Position numbers and translations under genes: made by a program. A stretch of 64,000 bases of DNA from Alphaproteobacteria bacterium (GTDB lineage Bacteria; Pseudomonadota; Alphaproteobacteria; UBA828): contig OZ243972.1 of assembly GCA_965214705.1 (NCBI GenBank), forward strand, positions 3,392,001-3,456,000. The letters are read 5' to 3'. Below are positions 50,033-57,980 of this stretch, in pieces. A model generated the notes under the pieces. It did not search any database and was not told the DNA's origin. It was given only the letters and a program-made list of their open reading frames with translations. Position 1 is the first letter of the stretch. Every line of letters begins with the position of its first letter.

Positions 50033-50061
50033 AATGTATCCCACACGATACAATATGGCAA
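50033..50061 (-). promoter_or_regulatory. Sigma70 promoter with overlapping palindromic operator for the TA operon (leaderless mRNA likely)
   Basis: Minus strand TTGCCA-N17-TACATT with GTG 6 nt after the -10; dyad TGTATC-N6-GATACA at 50035-50052. Confidence 0.75.
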
Positions 50062-50269
50062 CGCAGCGCTCATTCGGGAAGGTCCGCGAGCGGCCTTCCG
50101 CCCGGCGTGGCGGCACGATCCTCGGATGAGGCGATCGCGCCGGGTTTGTGCGCCCGGCCTGCCGCGGACGCCCGGCAGGACACCGCCCTCCCCGGTTTCG
50201 CGCGCCCGGCGATTCGGCCCGCAGGAGTCCCGTCCGGGCCGCGGTGGCGTCTCCCCGGACCGTTCGGTG

Positions 50270-50297
50270 CGCGAATTGGCCGGCCGGCCGGTTCGCA
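50270..50297. promoter_or_regulatory. FseA-box-like inverted repeat upstream of the rdfS-like gene
   Basis: cGCGAA-N16-TTCGCa; matches in spacing and at 5/6 bases per arm the GGCGAA-N16-TTCGCC box I recall for the Mesorhizobium ICE rdfS promoter. Confidence 0.6.
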
Positions 50298-50300
50298 GCT

Positions 50301-50340
50301 CAGGCGCTCTCAGGCGTCGTGAGGCGTCGTGAGGCGCCAT
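50301..50340. repeat. Four imperfect 10-bp direct repeats (SAGGCGYYVT)
   Basis: CAGGCGCTCT CAGGCGTCGT GAGGCGTCGT GAGGCGCCAT, followed by an inverted repeat GGGAGGA...TCCTCCC at ~50349-50376. Confidence 0.85.
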
Positions 50341-50484
50341 GAGCCGGGGGGAGGATTTTTCGCGAATTTTCCTCCCTGCCGCGGCGCGCGCGTCTTCGTT
50401 TCGATGGCCGCGCATGGGCGCCCGGCAGTCGGCGGGCGCCACGGAGTTCGGAGGCCCCGGCAAGGGTCCGGGCGGGAGTGGAAG

Positions 50485-50763
50485 ATGGCGGACGACACGA
50501 AATACCTGTCGACGCGCAAGGCGGCGAAGCATCTCGGCCTGTCGCCGCGCACGCTCGACCGCTTGCGGGTGAGCGGCGGCGGACCGGTCTACCACCTGTT
50601 CGGCACGGCGGTGCGCTACCTGGCCGAGGACCTGGACGAGTGGTCGAGGACGCGGCGGCGGCGCTCGACCTCGGACGACGGCTCGGGCCCGCGGCCCGGG
50701 CCGGCTGCTCCGGCCCCCGGATCCAGTCCGGGGCAGGACTCCGGGCCGGGGGCCGCCCGATGA
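50485..50763 (+). CDS. rdfS: RdfS/AlpA-like winged-HTH excisionase (recombination directionality factor)
   Basis: YLSTRKAAKHLGLSPRTLDRLRVSGGGPVY...VRYLAEDLDEW...RRSTSD; the HTH_17 pattern and STSD tail are typical of RdfS homologues. Confidence 0.8.
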   Translation: MADDTKYLSTRKAAKHLGLSPRTLDRLRVSGGGPVYHLFGTAVRYLAEDLDEWSRTRRRRSTSDDGSGPRPGPAAPAPGSSPGQDSGPGAAR

Positions 50764-50936
50764 GCGGCCGGGAGCGGATGCGGGCGGCCGCCGCCGTGGC
50801 GGCGCTGACGACCGGCGACACCACGTTCGGCGATCGGCTCGACACGGTGGAGAACATCGTCGGCGGCACCGGCGACGGCCGCGCGGCTGAGCTCGCCGTC
50901 GGCGGCGCCGTGGCCGGCACGGCGATCGTCCGATGA
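50760..50936 (+). CDS. Small ORF (58 aa), possibly a shortened conjugative pilin (TraA-like) remnant
   Basis: ATGA-coupled at both ends; TTGDTTFGDRLDTVENIVGGTG...LAVGG loosely resembles pilin N-termini but lacks long hydrophobic helices. Confidence 0.35.
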   Translation: MSGRERMRAAAAVAALTTGDTTFGDRLDTVENIVGGTGDGRAAELAVGGAVAGTAIVR

Positions 50937-52690
50937 GCGAGACCCGGCGCCAAGCGATCACGGGCCGGATTCCGCGGGGCATTGCCGCGCACCTTCGACG
51001 GTGCGCGGGAGGCGCGGAAGCGATGCCGGCAGGACGATATTCCAAGGTCGTCGAGAGCCGTGCGGCGGGACGCCGGGCACAGGCTCGGCGCTCCCGGCGC
51101 TTCGGCTGGAGCCCGGCGGCGCTCGTCCTTTGCGCGGTTCTGCTCTCGGGCTGCGGCGCGGCGGTGTGGGAGGACGCGCGCAGCGAGACCGACGAGGCGG
51201 CGCACGACGTCGCCGCACTGAAAGAGGCGGCGGAGCGGCCGCGTTTCTCCGCCATCCGGGTGATCGAGCGGCGCCCCTGGCTCGGGCTTGCGCGTCAGGA
51301 CGCACGGGAAGAAGACGTCCTGCCGGCGCGCTTCCTGGAGCCCGGCGCCGTGACCCTGCCGCTGGCCGGGATCGGCGAAGCGTCGATGCTGGCGCGGCGC
51401 GTCGAGGCGGCGACCGGGATCCCGGTGCGCTTCATCGGCAAGGCGCATGCGGGCGAAGACTCCTCCCGCACCGACTCCGCTGCAGGAGTGTCTCCCGCAG
51501 GCTTCGGCATCGACCGTCTCTCGCCCGACGGCGGCGTCTGGACCGGGCCTCTCGATGCGCTGCTCGACGCCTGGACGGAGCCGGCCGGCTACGCCTGGGC
51601 CTACGACGCTGAGGAAGGCGCGATCGGGATCGTGCGCCGCGAGGCGGTGGCGTTCCGCATCCACGCGCTTGCCGGCAGGCAGCGCTACGAGGCGTCCGGG
51701 TCCACCGACGACGGTGTCTCGGGGGGCGACGAGGGCGGCGGCGTGTCGACGCGCCAGTCGATCATGGCCGAGACCGACTACGACCCCTGGCCCGAGATCG
51801 AGGCGCAGGCGGCGGCGCTCGCGGGGCCGGGCGCGTCGGTGACGGCGGCGCCTTCGAGCGCCTCTCTGCTGGTCAGCGGCACGCCCCGCGACGTGGAGCG
51901 GGTGCGGGCCTGGCTCTCGTGGCTCAACCGCGAGGTGCTGCGCCCGGTCACGCTTTCCGTGCACGTCTACGCGGTGCGCATGGAGCGCGAGGCGGACTAC
52001 GGCTTCGGCCTCGCCGCCCTGGTGAAGGAGCTGTTCGGAACCTCCGCCGAGCTGGCGGTGACCCCGGACTCGGTGGCGATCGTGCGGCCGTCGGCTGCGG
52101 TCGGCGACACGCTCGCGGCCACGGTGCGGGCGCTGAGCCGGGCGGGGACGGTCTCGCGGGTGCTGTCGGCGGACATCCCTTCGCTCAACGGCAAGCCCGC
52201 GCAGTTCTTCGAGCTCTACAAGGAAGCCTACGTCAAGGAGCAGCGGACCACGGCGGGCGAGGGCATCGCCCAGACCGAGATCGTGCCGGGCACGGTCTCC
52301 TCGGGGTTCGCGGCGAGCTACGTCCCGCGCATCACCGGGCCGGGCGAGGTGCTGGTGCGGCTGTTCGCGAGCCTGCGCGACCGTCCGGTGTTCCGCGAGG
52401 TCGGCGGATCGGGCACGGCGATCCAGCTTCCGGCCTATGCCAGCCGGGCGGTGCAGGTGACGCAGCGGATCCGGCGGGGAGAGACCCTGCTGGTGACGGG
52501 GTTCTCCACCCGGCGCTCGGAAGCGGACGGCTCGGGGACCTTCTCGGAAGACGTGCCCCTTCCCGGCGGCGCACGCCGGGGCGCGCTGGCGCGGTCCGAG
52601 CAGGTGCTGCTGGTAAAGGCCGAGATCGGCGCGCCGCTGGGCATTGCCGAGTCCAGGGAGCGCACCGATGGCTCGGGAGAGCCTCTGTGA
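50933..52690 (+). CDS. pilN: Type IVb pilus outer-membrane secretin (PilN/BfpB-like lipoprotein)
   Basis: Lipobox VLLSG|C; WTGPLDALLD...GYAW; LVSGTPRDVERVRAWLSWLN; SLNGKPA, IVPGTVSSGF, IQLP, GETLLVTGF. Start may be ATG 51023. Confidence 0.8.
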   Translation: MSETRRQAITGRIPRGIAAHLRRCAGGAEAMPAGRYSKVVESRAAGRRAQARRSRRFGWSPAALVLCAVLLSGCGAAVWEDARSETDEAAHDVAALKEAAERPRFSAIRVIERRPWLGLARQDAREEDVLPARFLEPGAVTLPLAGIGEASMLARRVEAATGIPVRFIGKAHAGEDSSRTDSAAGVSPAGFGIDRLSPDGGVWTGPLDALLDAWTEPAGYAWAYDAEEGAIGIVRREAVAFRIHALAGRQRYEASGSTDDGVSGGDEGGGVSTRQSIMAETDYDPWPEIEAQAAALAGPGASVTAAPSSASLLVSGTPRDVERVRAWLSWLNREVLRPVTLSVHVYAVRMEREADYGFGLAALVKELFGTSAELAVTPDSVAIVRPSAAVGDTLAATVRALSRAGTVSRVLSADIPSLNGKPAQFFELYKEAYVKEQRTTAGEGIAQTEIVPGTVSSGFAASYVPRITGPGEVLVRLFASLRDRPVFREVGGSGTAIQLPAYASRAVQVTQRIRRGETLLVTGFSTRRSEADGSGTFSEDVPLPGGARRGALARSEQVLLVKAEIGAPLGIAESRERTDGSGEPL

Positions 52691-54048
52691 GCGTCATCGA
52701 CGTCGGCGGGCGGGCTTACGCGGCCGGGCTCTACTGGCTGGAGCGCGGCGGCGCGGGGGCCACCGCGCGGACGGCGCGCAGGCTGGACCGGCCGTGGTGC
52801 GTGCATCGCGGCGAGCGCACCGGCTTCGCCGCCGACGATACGGGGGAGAGCCCCGAAGGTCTTCCGGCGCTGGCGCTGGCGCTTCTCGCGTGCATCGAGG
52901 GCGCCTTCTGGATGGCGCTGCTCGAGGGGGATGAGGACCCGTCCGGCGGGCGCCGCTACGCGCTGGTGAAGGCGCGGGGCGGCACGGTGCTGGCCGACGG
53001 GGACGAGGTCTTCGAGGACCGGGCGGCGGCGCTGGCCGCGTTCGAGCGGGCGCGGCCGCTCGGCTGGTCGCTGTTCGCCACGCCGGGATTGCAGGACGAG
53101 GTTGGTGGCGCGGGCCGGGAGGTAGCCGCGCTGGATCCGGCGGCGCTGGCCGAGGCGGCCGCCGCCGCCGGGGATACGATCGCGCTCGCGCGCGCGGTCT
53201 CGCGGCGGCGCTGGCTGCGCCCGGTTGCGGCCGCGGCGGGCGTTGCCGTGCTGGTTGCGATCGCCGTGCTGTGGTTCGAGCGCGACGCGCTGATCGCCTG
53301 GCTGAGGGGGCCCGGGACGGGTGCGGTTGCGCCAACGGTGCGGCCCGATCCCGTAGTGGCGGTGGCGGTGGACGGCGCGGCGCTGATCGCGGCCTGCCGG
53401 GAGGCGCTGATCGCCCATCCCCCCTTCCTGCCGGCATGGCGGATCGAGCGCATCGAGTGCGCGGCGCGGTTTGCCGATCCCGAGCTGAGCGGGTTGGTGC
53501 CGGAGCTGGCGGGCCGGGCGGCGCTGCTGGTGCGCTGGGGGCTGAAGGACGGCCACGCGGAGGCGGTGCAGCGCCGCGTCGCGGAGAAACATCTGGCGCG
53601 CTGGCACGCGGCGGCGGTGGCCGGCGCAAGGGCCTGGGCGGCGGCGCCGCTCGGGCCGGTGCTGCGCGTCATGGGCACTCGTGCCGGCGACGCGCCCGCA
53701 CCGGCATTCGTCGAGCTGCGCCGCGAAGTGGACAGGGCCTTCGGCGCGGGCGGCGCCCGCGTGGGCTACGCCCGGGGCGCGGGCGGCGGATGGACGGTGC
53801 GCATCGACGAATACGGGCCGCTCGGCCGGCTCGGGCCGCTCGCGGGGGGCGTCGATGGCCTGGAGATCGTCGCGCTCGCGCGCGGCGAAAGCGGCCCCTG
53901 GCGGCTGGAAGGGCGGCCGGCGGCGCCGGAGAGGGTCGCGGCCTCGCGGCTGAAGGCCCTCGGGGTGACCGGCAGACCGGCCGCGGCAAGTAGCGGACTG
54001 AACCAACTGGAGAAGGAGGCGGAGGATGGAACGCAGAGGCACGAGTGA
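52687..54048 (+). CDS. pilO: Type IVb pilus accessory protein (PilO-like)
   Basis: VIDVGGRAYAAGLYW N-terminus, VLADGDEVF, single central TM, 'ACREAL...LPAWRIERIEC'; position after the secretin. Confidence 0.7.
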   Translation: MSVIDVGGRAYAAGLYWLERGGAGATARTARRLDRPWCVHRGERTGFAADDTGESPEGLPALALALLACIEGAFWMALLEGDEDPSGGRRYALVKARGGTVLADGDEVFEDRAAALAAFERARPLGWSLFATPGLQDEVGGAGREVAALDPAALAEAAAAAGDTIALARAVSRRRWLRPVAAAAGVAVLVAIAVLWFERDALIAWLRGPGTGAVAPTVRPDPVVAVAVDGAALIAACREALIAHPPFLPAWRIERIECAARFADPELSGLVPELAGRAALLVRWGLKDGHAEAVQRRVAEKHLARWHAAAVAGARAWAAAPLGPVLRVMGTRAGDAPAPAFVELRREVDRAFGAGGARVGYARGAGGGWTVRIDEYGPLGRLGPLAGGVDGLEIVALARGESGPWRLEGRPAAPERVAASRLKALGVTGRPAAASSGLNQLEKEAEDGTQRHE

Positions 54049-55693
54049 GCCTGGGCGGATGCGCGCCGTGCGCGGGTTCAGGGCCTGGCTGCTCTCGGGG
54101 GCCAGCATGGCGGTGCTGCTGGGGGCGGGTGCCCTCGCGGCGGGGCCGGCGCTTGCGCAGGTGGCGGCGGACGAGCGGGTCTACCGCGCCGAGGCGCTGG
54201 CGCATGCGGGCGCGGTGGAGACGGCGTGGCGCAGGCTGGAGACCTTCATCCTGGAGGAATCGGGCGCGGCCGTGTCGTGGCCGGGCGCGGTGCCGCCGGC
54301 ATCGACGGGCTGGCAGGGGTCATGGACGCAGCGCGGGCTGGAGGCGCGCTACTGCGAGGACACCCTGCTGGTCTACCTGGCGCCGTACGAGCTCAAGGGC
54401 ACGGGCGCCGACCACCGGGCGGTGCACGCGGCGCCGCACGCCTATGGCGGGGGGGAGAAGCCGGTCCTGCACTGGCTCGAGAGCGGCGTGGCGCGGGGCG
54501 GCGCCGGGCGGGCTTCGGTAACGCTGCCGGACTGCCTGTCCGAGGCCGCGCAGGGCGGCCCCCTTCCCTCGGGCCGCGCCGCGCTCGCGGGCGCCGTGCG
54601 CGATCCCTTTCTGCACACGGTGGAGCGGGTGTCCCGCGAGCGGCGCGAGGAGCCGTGTCCGGCGGGAACTCACGGCGACGGCCGCACGCAGGTGCGCGAG
54701 GTGACGCGGACCGAGAACGGCCGGGGCGATCCGGTGGGCGATCCCGTCGAGGGGCCCTGGGAGATGCTGATCGACCTCTGCCGGGCCGACTACAGCCGGT
54801 GGGAACACTACACGCTGGAATGCCACTGGGACGCCGGCCCGCCCCACAACCGGCGCATGGAAGGCCGCGAGGTGTGGCGGCGGATGCGGACGGTGAGTGC
54901 GGCGGGCGAGACCCTGGGCGCGCCCGAGTTCGTCTCGACGAGCTGCTGGACCGGCAATGCGCTGCCGCCCCCGCCCACTCCGGAAATCTCGGAGACCGCG
55001 CGCGAGGAGACGAAGAGTGGGAGCTGCCCTGCGGGCTACACGGGCAGCATCGGCTACCGGCGCACCGTGACGCTGCGCTCCACGCGCTTCCCCTGGGATG
55101 AGGCGCCGGTGATGCAGACGATCTACGGCCCGTGGACCGTGGCGAGCGACGGCTGCGTGGCGGTGCCGGAGCAGGACCATGACGGCCCCGGCGACGGAGG
55201 CCACGGGGACCCCGGCGGCGACGGCGGCACGGGCGGACCGGGCGGCGACAGCTGCGGGGGGACCGACTCGGGCGCGTCGGCTCCCGGCGATGGTGTCTGC
55301 AGCGGCGACGGCATTGGCGGCGGCGACGGGGGCGGAGATGGCGGCGCGGGCGGCTGCTTCCTGACCACGGCGGTCGTGGAGCTGCGCGGCGAGGCGGACG
55401 GCGGGCCGACGCTGACGGCTCTGCGCAGCTTCCGCGACGGCTACATGGCAAGGACGGCCGAACGCCGGGCGCTGGTTGCCGAGTACTACGCCGTCGCGCC
55501 CGCGATCGTGGCGGCGATCCCCGAGGGGCATGCAGAGTGGGAGCGGATCGCGGCGGAGGTCGACACGGCCGCAGACGCGATCGCCGGCGGCTCCGACGAC
55601 GCGGCGTTCGGCATCTACGTTGGGCTGGTGAGCCGGCTGAAAGCGGACTGGTTGCCGGATGCGTCCGGCCGGACCGACGGAGGCCGGCGGTGA
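54026..55693 (+). CDS. Secreted Cys-rich protein with G/D-rich linker and CFI-box-CTERM-like domain
   Basis: Signal peptide (AGPALA|Q), CPAG repeats, linker, then GGCFLTTAVV...LTALRSFRDGYM...LVAEYYAVAPAIV. Confidence 0.75.
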   Translation: MERRGTSEPGRMRAVRGFRAWLLSGASMAVLLGAGALAAGPALAQVAADERVYRAEALAHAGAVETAWRRLETFILEESGAAVSWPGAVPPASTGWQGSWTQRGLEARYCEDTLLVYLAPYELKGTGADHRAVHAAPHAYGGGEKPVLHWLESGVARGGAGRASVTLPDCLSEAAQGGPLPSGRAALAGAVRDPFLHTVERVSRERREEPCPAGTHGDGRTQVREVTRTENGRGDPVGDPVEGPWEMLIDLCRADYSRWEHYTLECHWDAGPPHNRRMEGREVWRRMRTVSAAGETLGAPEFVSTSCWTGNALPPPPTPEISETAREETKSGSCPAGYTGSIGYRRTVTLRSTRFPWDEAPVMQTIYGPWTVASDGCVAVPEQDHDGPGDGGHGDPGGDGGTGGPGGDSCGGTDSGASAPGDGVCSGDGIGGGDGGGDGGAGGCFLTTAVVELRGEADGGPTLTALRSFRDGYMARTAERRALVAEYYAVAPAIVAAIPEGHAEWERIAAEVDTAADAIAGGSDDAAFGIYVGLVSRLKADWLPDASGRTDGGRR

Positions 55694-56907
55694 GGCGGGC
55701 CTCTCACACCCTGTCAGTCAGGGGCGCGGCGCTGATGGGCATGCTCGCGGCGGCGTTCGCGGCGGACGCCGCATGGGGCCAGGCGGCGACGGGCCCGAAC
55801 TTCAGCTCCCATGCCGCGCCGTTCTTCGAGGAGCTGTTGGCGGGACGGGTGTGGGTGCTGGAGCGGCCCAACTCGTCGCGTGCGGACGACCGGGGCGCGG
55901 CCTGGGCGCACTACCACGCGCCGGACGGCACCCTGCTGGCCTGCGCCCATCTGGGCGGCGAATACGCCGGTGCGGAGGCGCGCTGGCGGGTTGTGCCCTC
56001 GCGCGCCTTCCGCGCGCTCTACAACTACCTGGAGCCGGGCGCCGAGCCCGATCCGGGCAGGCGCCGGGGGCACACGCCGATCTTCTACGACCCCGGCACC
56101 GGCGCGCTGCACAACGAGGCCACGGGGGATCAAAGCCGCTGGGCTGTCGCCTCGCGCGGCTGGGTGCAGGAGAGCTGGCCCGCAGTGATGAAGGAGGCCT
56201 GCCCGGACCTCTCCCTGCCCCGCTCCCTTCCGGTCAACCGGCGCCAGACCGCGACGCGCATCGACGAGATGATGGCGCAGGACCCGGACGCCGTGGTGCG
56301 CAACGCGCCGGGCTCGCACCTGCGTGGCCCCGGCGCGATCGGCATCGCTGCCGCACAAGGCCGGGCGCGGCTGCCGGCCACGGACCTCGCGAGGTTTCTG
56401 GCGGAGAACGATGGCTTCGTGCTGACGGACACGGCGGGCGCCCGGCACGTTCTGGTGCTGGGCGCAGACGGCGATGAGCTCTGGCTGCTCGACGCCGACG
56501 GCGGCGTGGTCGACACCGGGCTGCTGTTGCCGGTGGCGGGGGGCGCGGAGATCGCGGTGCACTACGCACGGCTGCCGGTGCGGCCCCGCTACCGGATCGG
56601 CGACGCCCTCCCCTTCCTGCCGACCGGCGAGCGCTTCGCGGCCATGCGGATCACCGACCGGGTGGCGGCGCAGGGGACGCCGGTGGTGCTTCCCGTGTCC
56701 GGCACGAGTGTCCCCGGGCGGTCGGAGACCGTGGTGCGGCTCCGAGCGGACGGGTCTCTCTTCGCGGAGGGCGGCGGCACGGAGACGGTGCCGGGAACCT
56801 GGCGCTGGTCGCGGGGCGAGCTGGCGGTGACGCTGGAAGGCGCGGCGGGCGAGGTGAGCATCCCTTGGCGGGTGCTGGCCGACCAGGCCGGGCCGGGACT
56901 CCGGTGA
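55690..56907 (+). CDS. Hypothetical exported protein within the pilus operon
   Basis: GTGA/TGATG coupling to both neighbours; signal peptide ...AADAAWG|Q; coding-like composition. Confidence 0.7.
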   Translation: MRRASHTLSVRGAALMGMLAAAFAADAAWGQAATGPNFSSHAAPFFEELLAGRVWVLERPNSSRADDRGAAWAHYHAPDGTLLACAHLGGEYAGAEARWRVVPSRAFRALYNYLEPGAEPDPGRRRGHTPIFYDPGTGALHNEATGDQSRWAVASRGWVQESWPAVMKEACPDLSLPRSLPVNRRQTATRIDEMMAQDPDAVVRNAPGSHLRGPGAIGIAAAQGRARLPATDLARFLAENDGFVLTDTAGARHVLVLGADGDELWLLDADGGVVDTGLLLPVAGGAEIAVHYARLPVRPRYRIGDALPFLPTGERFAAMRITDRVAAQGTPVVLPVSGTSVPGRSETVVRLRADGSLFAEGGGTETVPGTWRWSRGELAVTLEGAAGEVSIPWRVLADQAGPGLR

Positions 56908-57980
56908 TGGCTGCGGTTCGCATGCCCTGCCGGCTCCCGGTCCTGGTGCTGCTTGCCGCGTTGACGACGGCGGCGGCTTGGGCGGGCGATGCGCCGGTGG
57001 CGCCGTTCCCCGGCACGAGTGTCTCCGGTACGGACGTCGAAGGCAGGCAAGAGAGCCTGCCGGAGCAGGCGCCGGAGGCCTCGGACGAGGCGGCGTCGGA
57101 AGCCGGAGCGGAAGCGGTGGGTGTGGCCGTGCCGGCGGTCGATGCGGGTCCTTCGGAGGCTGCGGTGCCCGACGGCAGCATGGCTGCGGAGAAACCGGCA
57201 GCGCCGGCGGGCGGCAGCCGCCTGCTGCGTGCGCTGGCCGATCTGCCGAAGACAGTCGGTCGGGCGCGGAGCGATGTTCCGGGCGACGTCACCCGCCCCG
57301 GAATCCCCCGGGTGTTTGCGGCCGAGGGATGTCCGCGCGCGCTGCTGCGCCGCCTGCTGGCGGGCGCGGCCGGCGAGGCGGATGCGCTGTCCGCGCTCGG
57401 GATCGAGCGGGAGATCCTCACCCTCTGCCGCGAGCGCCAGGAGATCGTCGCTGGGCTGTTGGAGACCGAGGCGCGGCTGAGCGAGCTGCGCGAGGCCGGG
57501 CGAGGCCCGGAGCCGGAGGCGGCGGCCTCGGCGGCGAGCGCGGTCCCGACGCCCCGGGTGGAAGCGGCTGGCGAGGCGCCAGCTATTGCAAGGGCTGCCG
57601 CGTCGCCCCTGCGTGCGGCGCTCGGCGGCGCGGCAGAGAAAGCGAACGAGGCAGACACTCCTGCCGGAGACACTCGTGCCGGAGGTCCTCAGGGCGGAGA
57701 ACCGCGTGGCACGGAGCCGCGGAGTCCGGCACGCGTGTCCCCGGCACGAGTGCCTCCGCGCTACGCGTGGTTCTCGATCATCGGCACCGCGGGCGCGCTC
57801 CGTGCGGGCGTCACCGACGGGACAGGCGTGTGGTTCGTGCGCGAGGGCGACCCGCTGCCGGGCGGCGCGACGATCGCCGCAATCGCGGGAAGGCCGCCGG
57901 CCGTCCGGGTGACGGGCGCCGGAGAGAGTGGGGAAGCAACCCTGCTGCCCTTCCGCGCGAGGCCGGGAGGAGTCCCGTGA
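56907..57980 (+). CDS. pilP: PilP-like type IVb pilus biogenesis protein
   Basis: Signal peptide, low-complexity/coiled-coil middle, C-terminal SIIGTAGALRAG...VREGDPLPGGATIAAI beta domain; position before the ATPase. Confidence 0.55.
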   Translation: MAAVRMPCRLPVLVLLAALTTAAAWAGDAPVAPFPGTSVSGTDVEGRQESLPEQAPEASDEAASEAGAEAVGVAVPAVDAGPSEAAVPDGSMAAEKPAAPAGGSRLLRALADLPKTVGRARSDVPGDVTRPGIPRVFAAEGCPRALLRRLLAGAAGEADALSALGIEREILTLCRERQEIVAGLLETEARLSELREAGRGPEPEAAASAASAVPTPRVEAAGEAPAIARAAASPLRAALGGAAEKANEADTPAGDTRAGGPQGGEPRGTEPRSPARVSPARVPPRYAWFSIIGTAGALRAGVTDGTGVWFVREGDPLPGGATIAAIAGRPPAVRVTGAGESGEATLLPFRARPGGVP

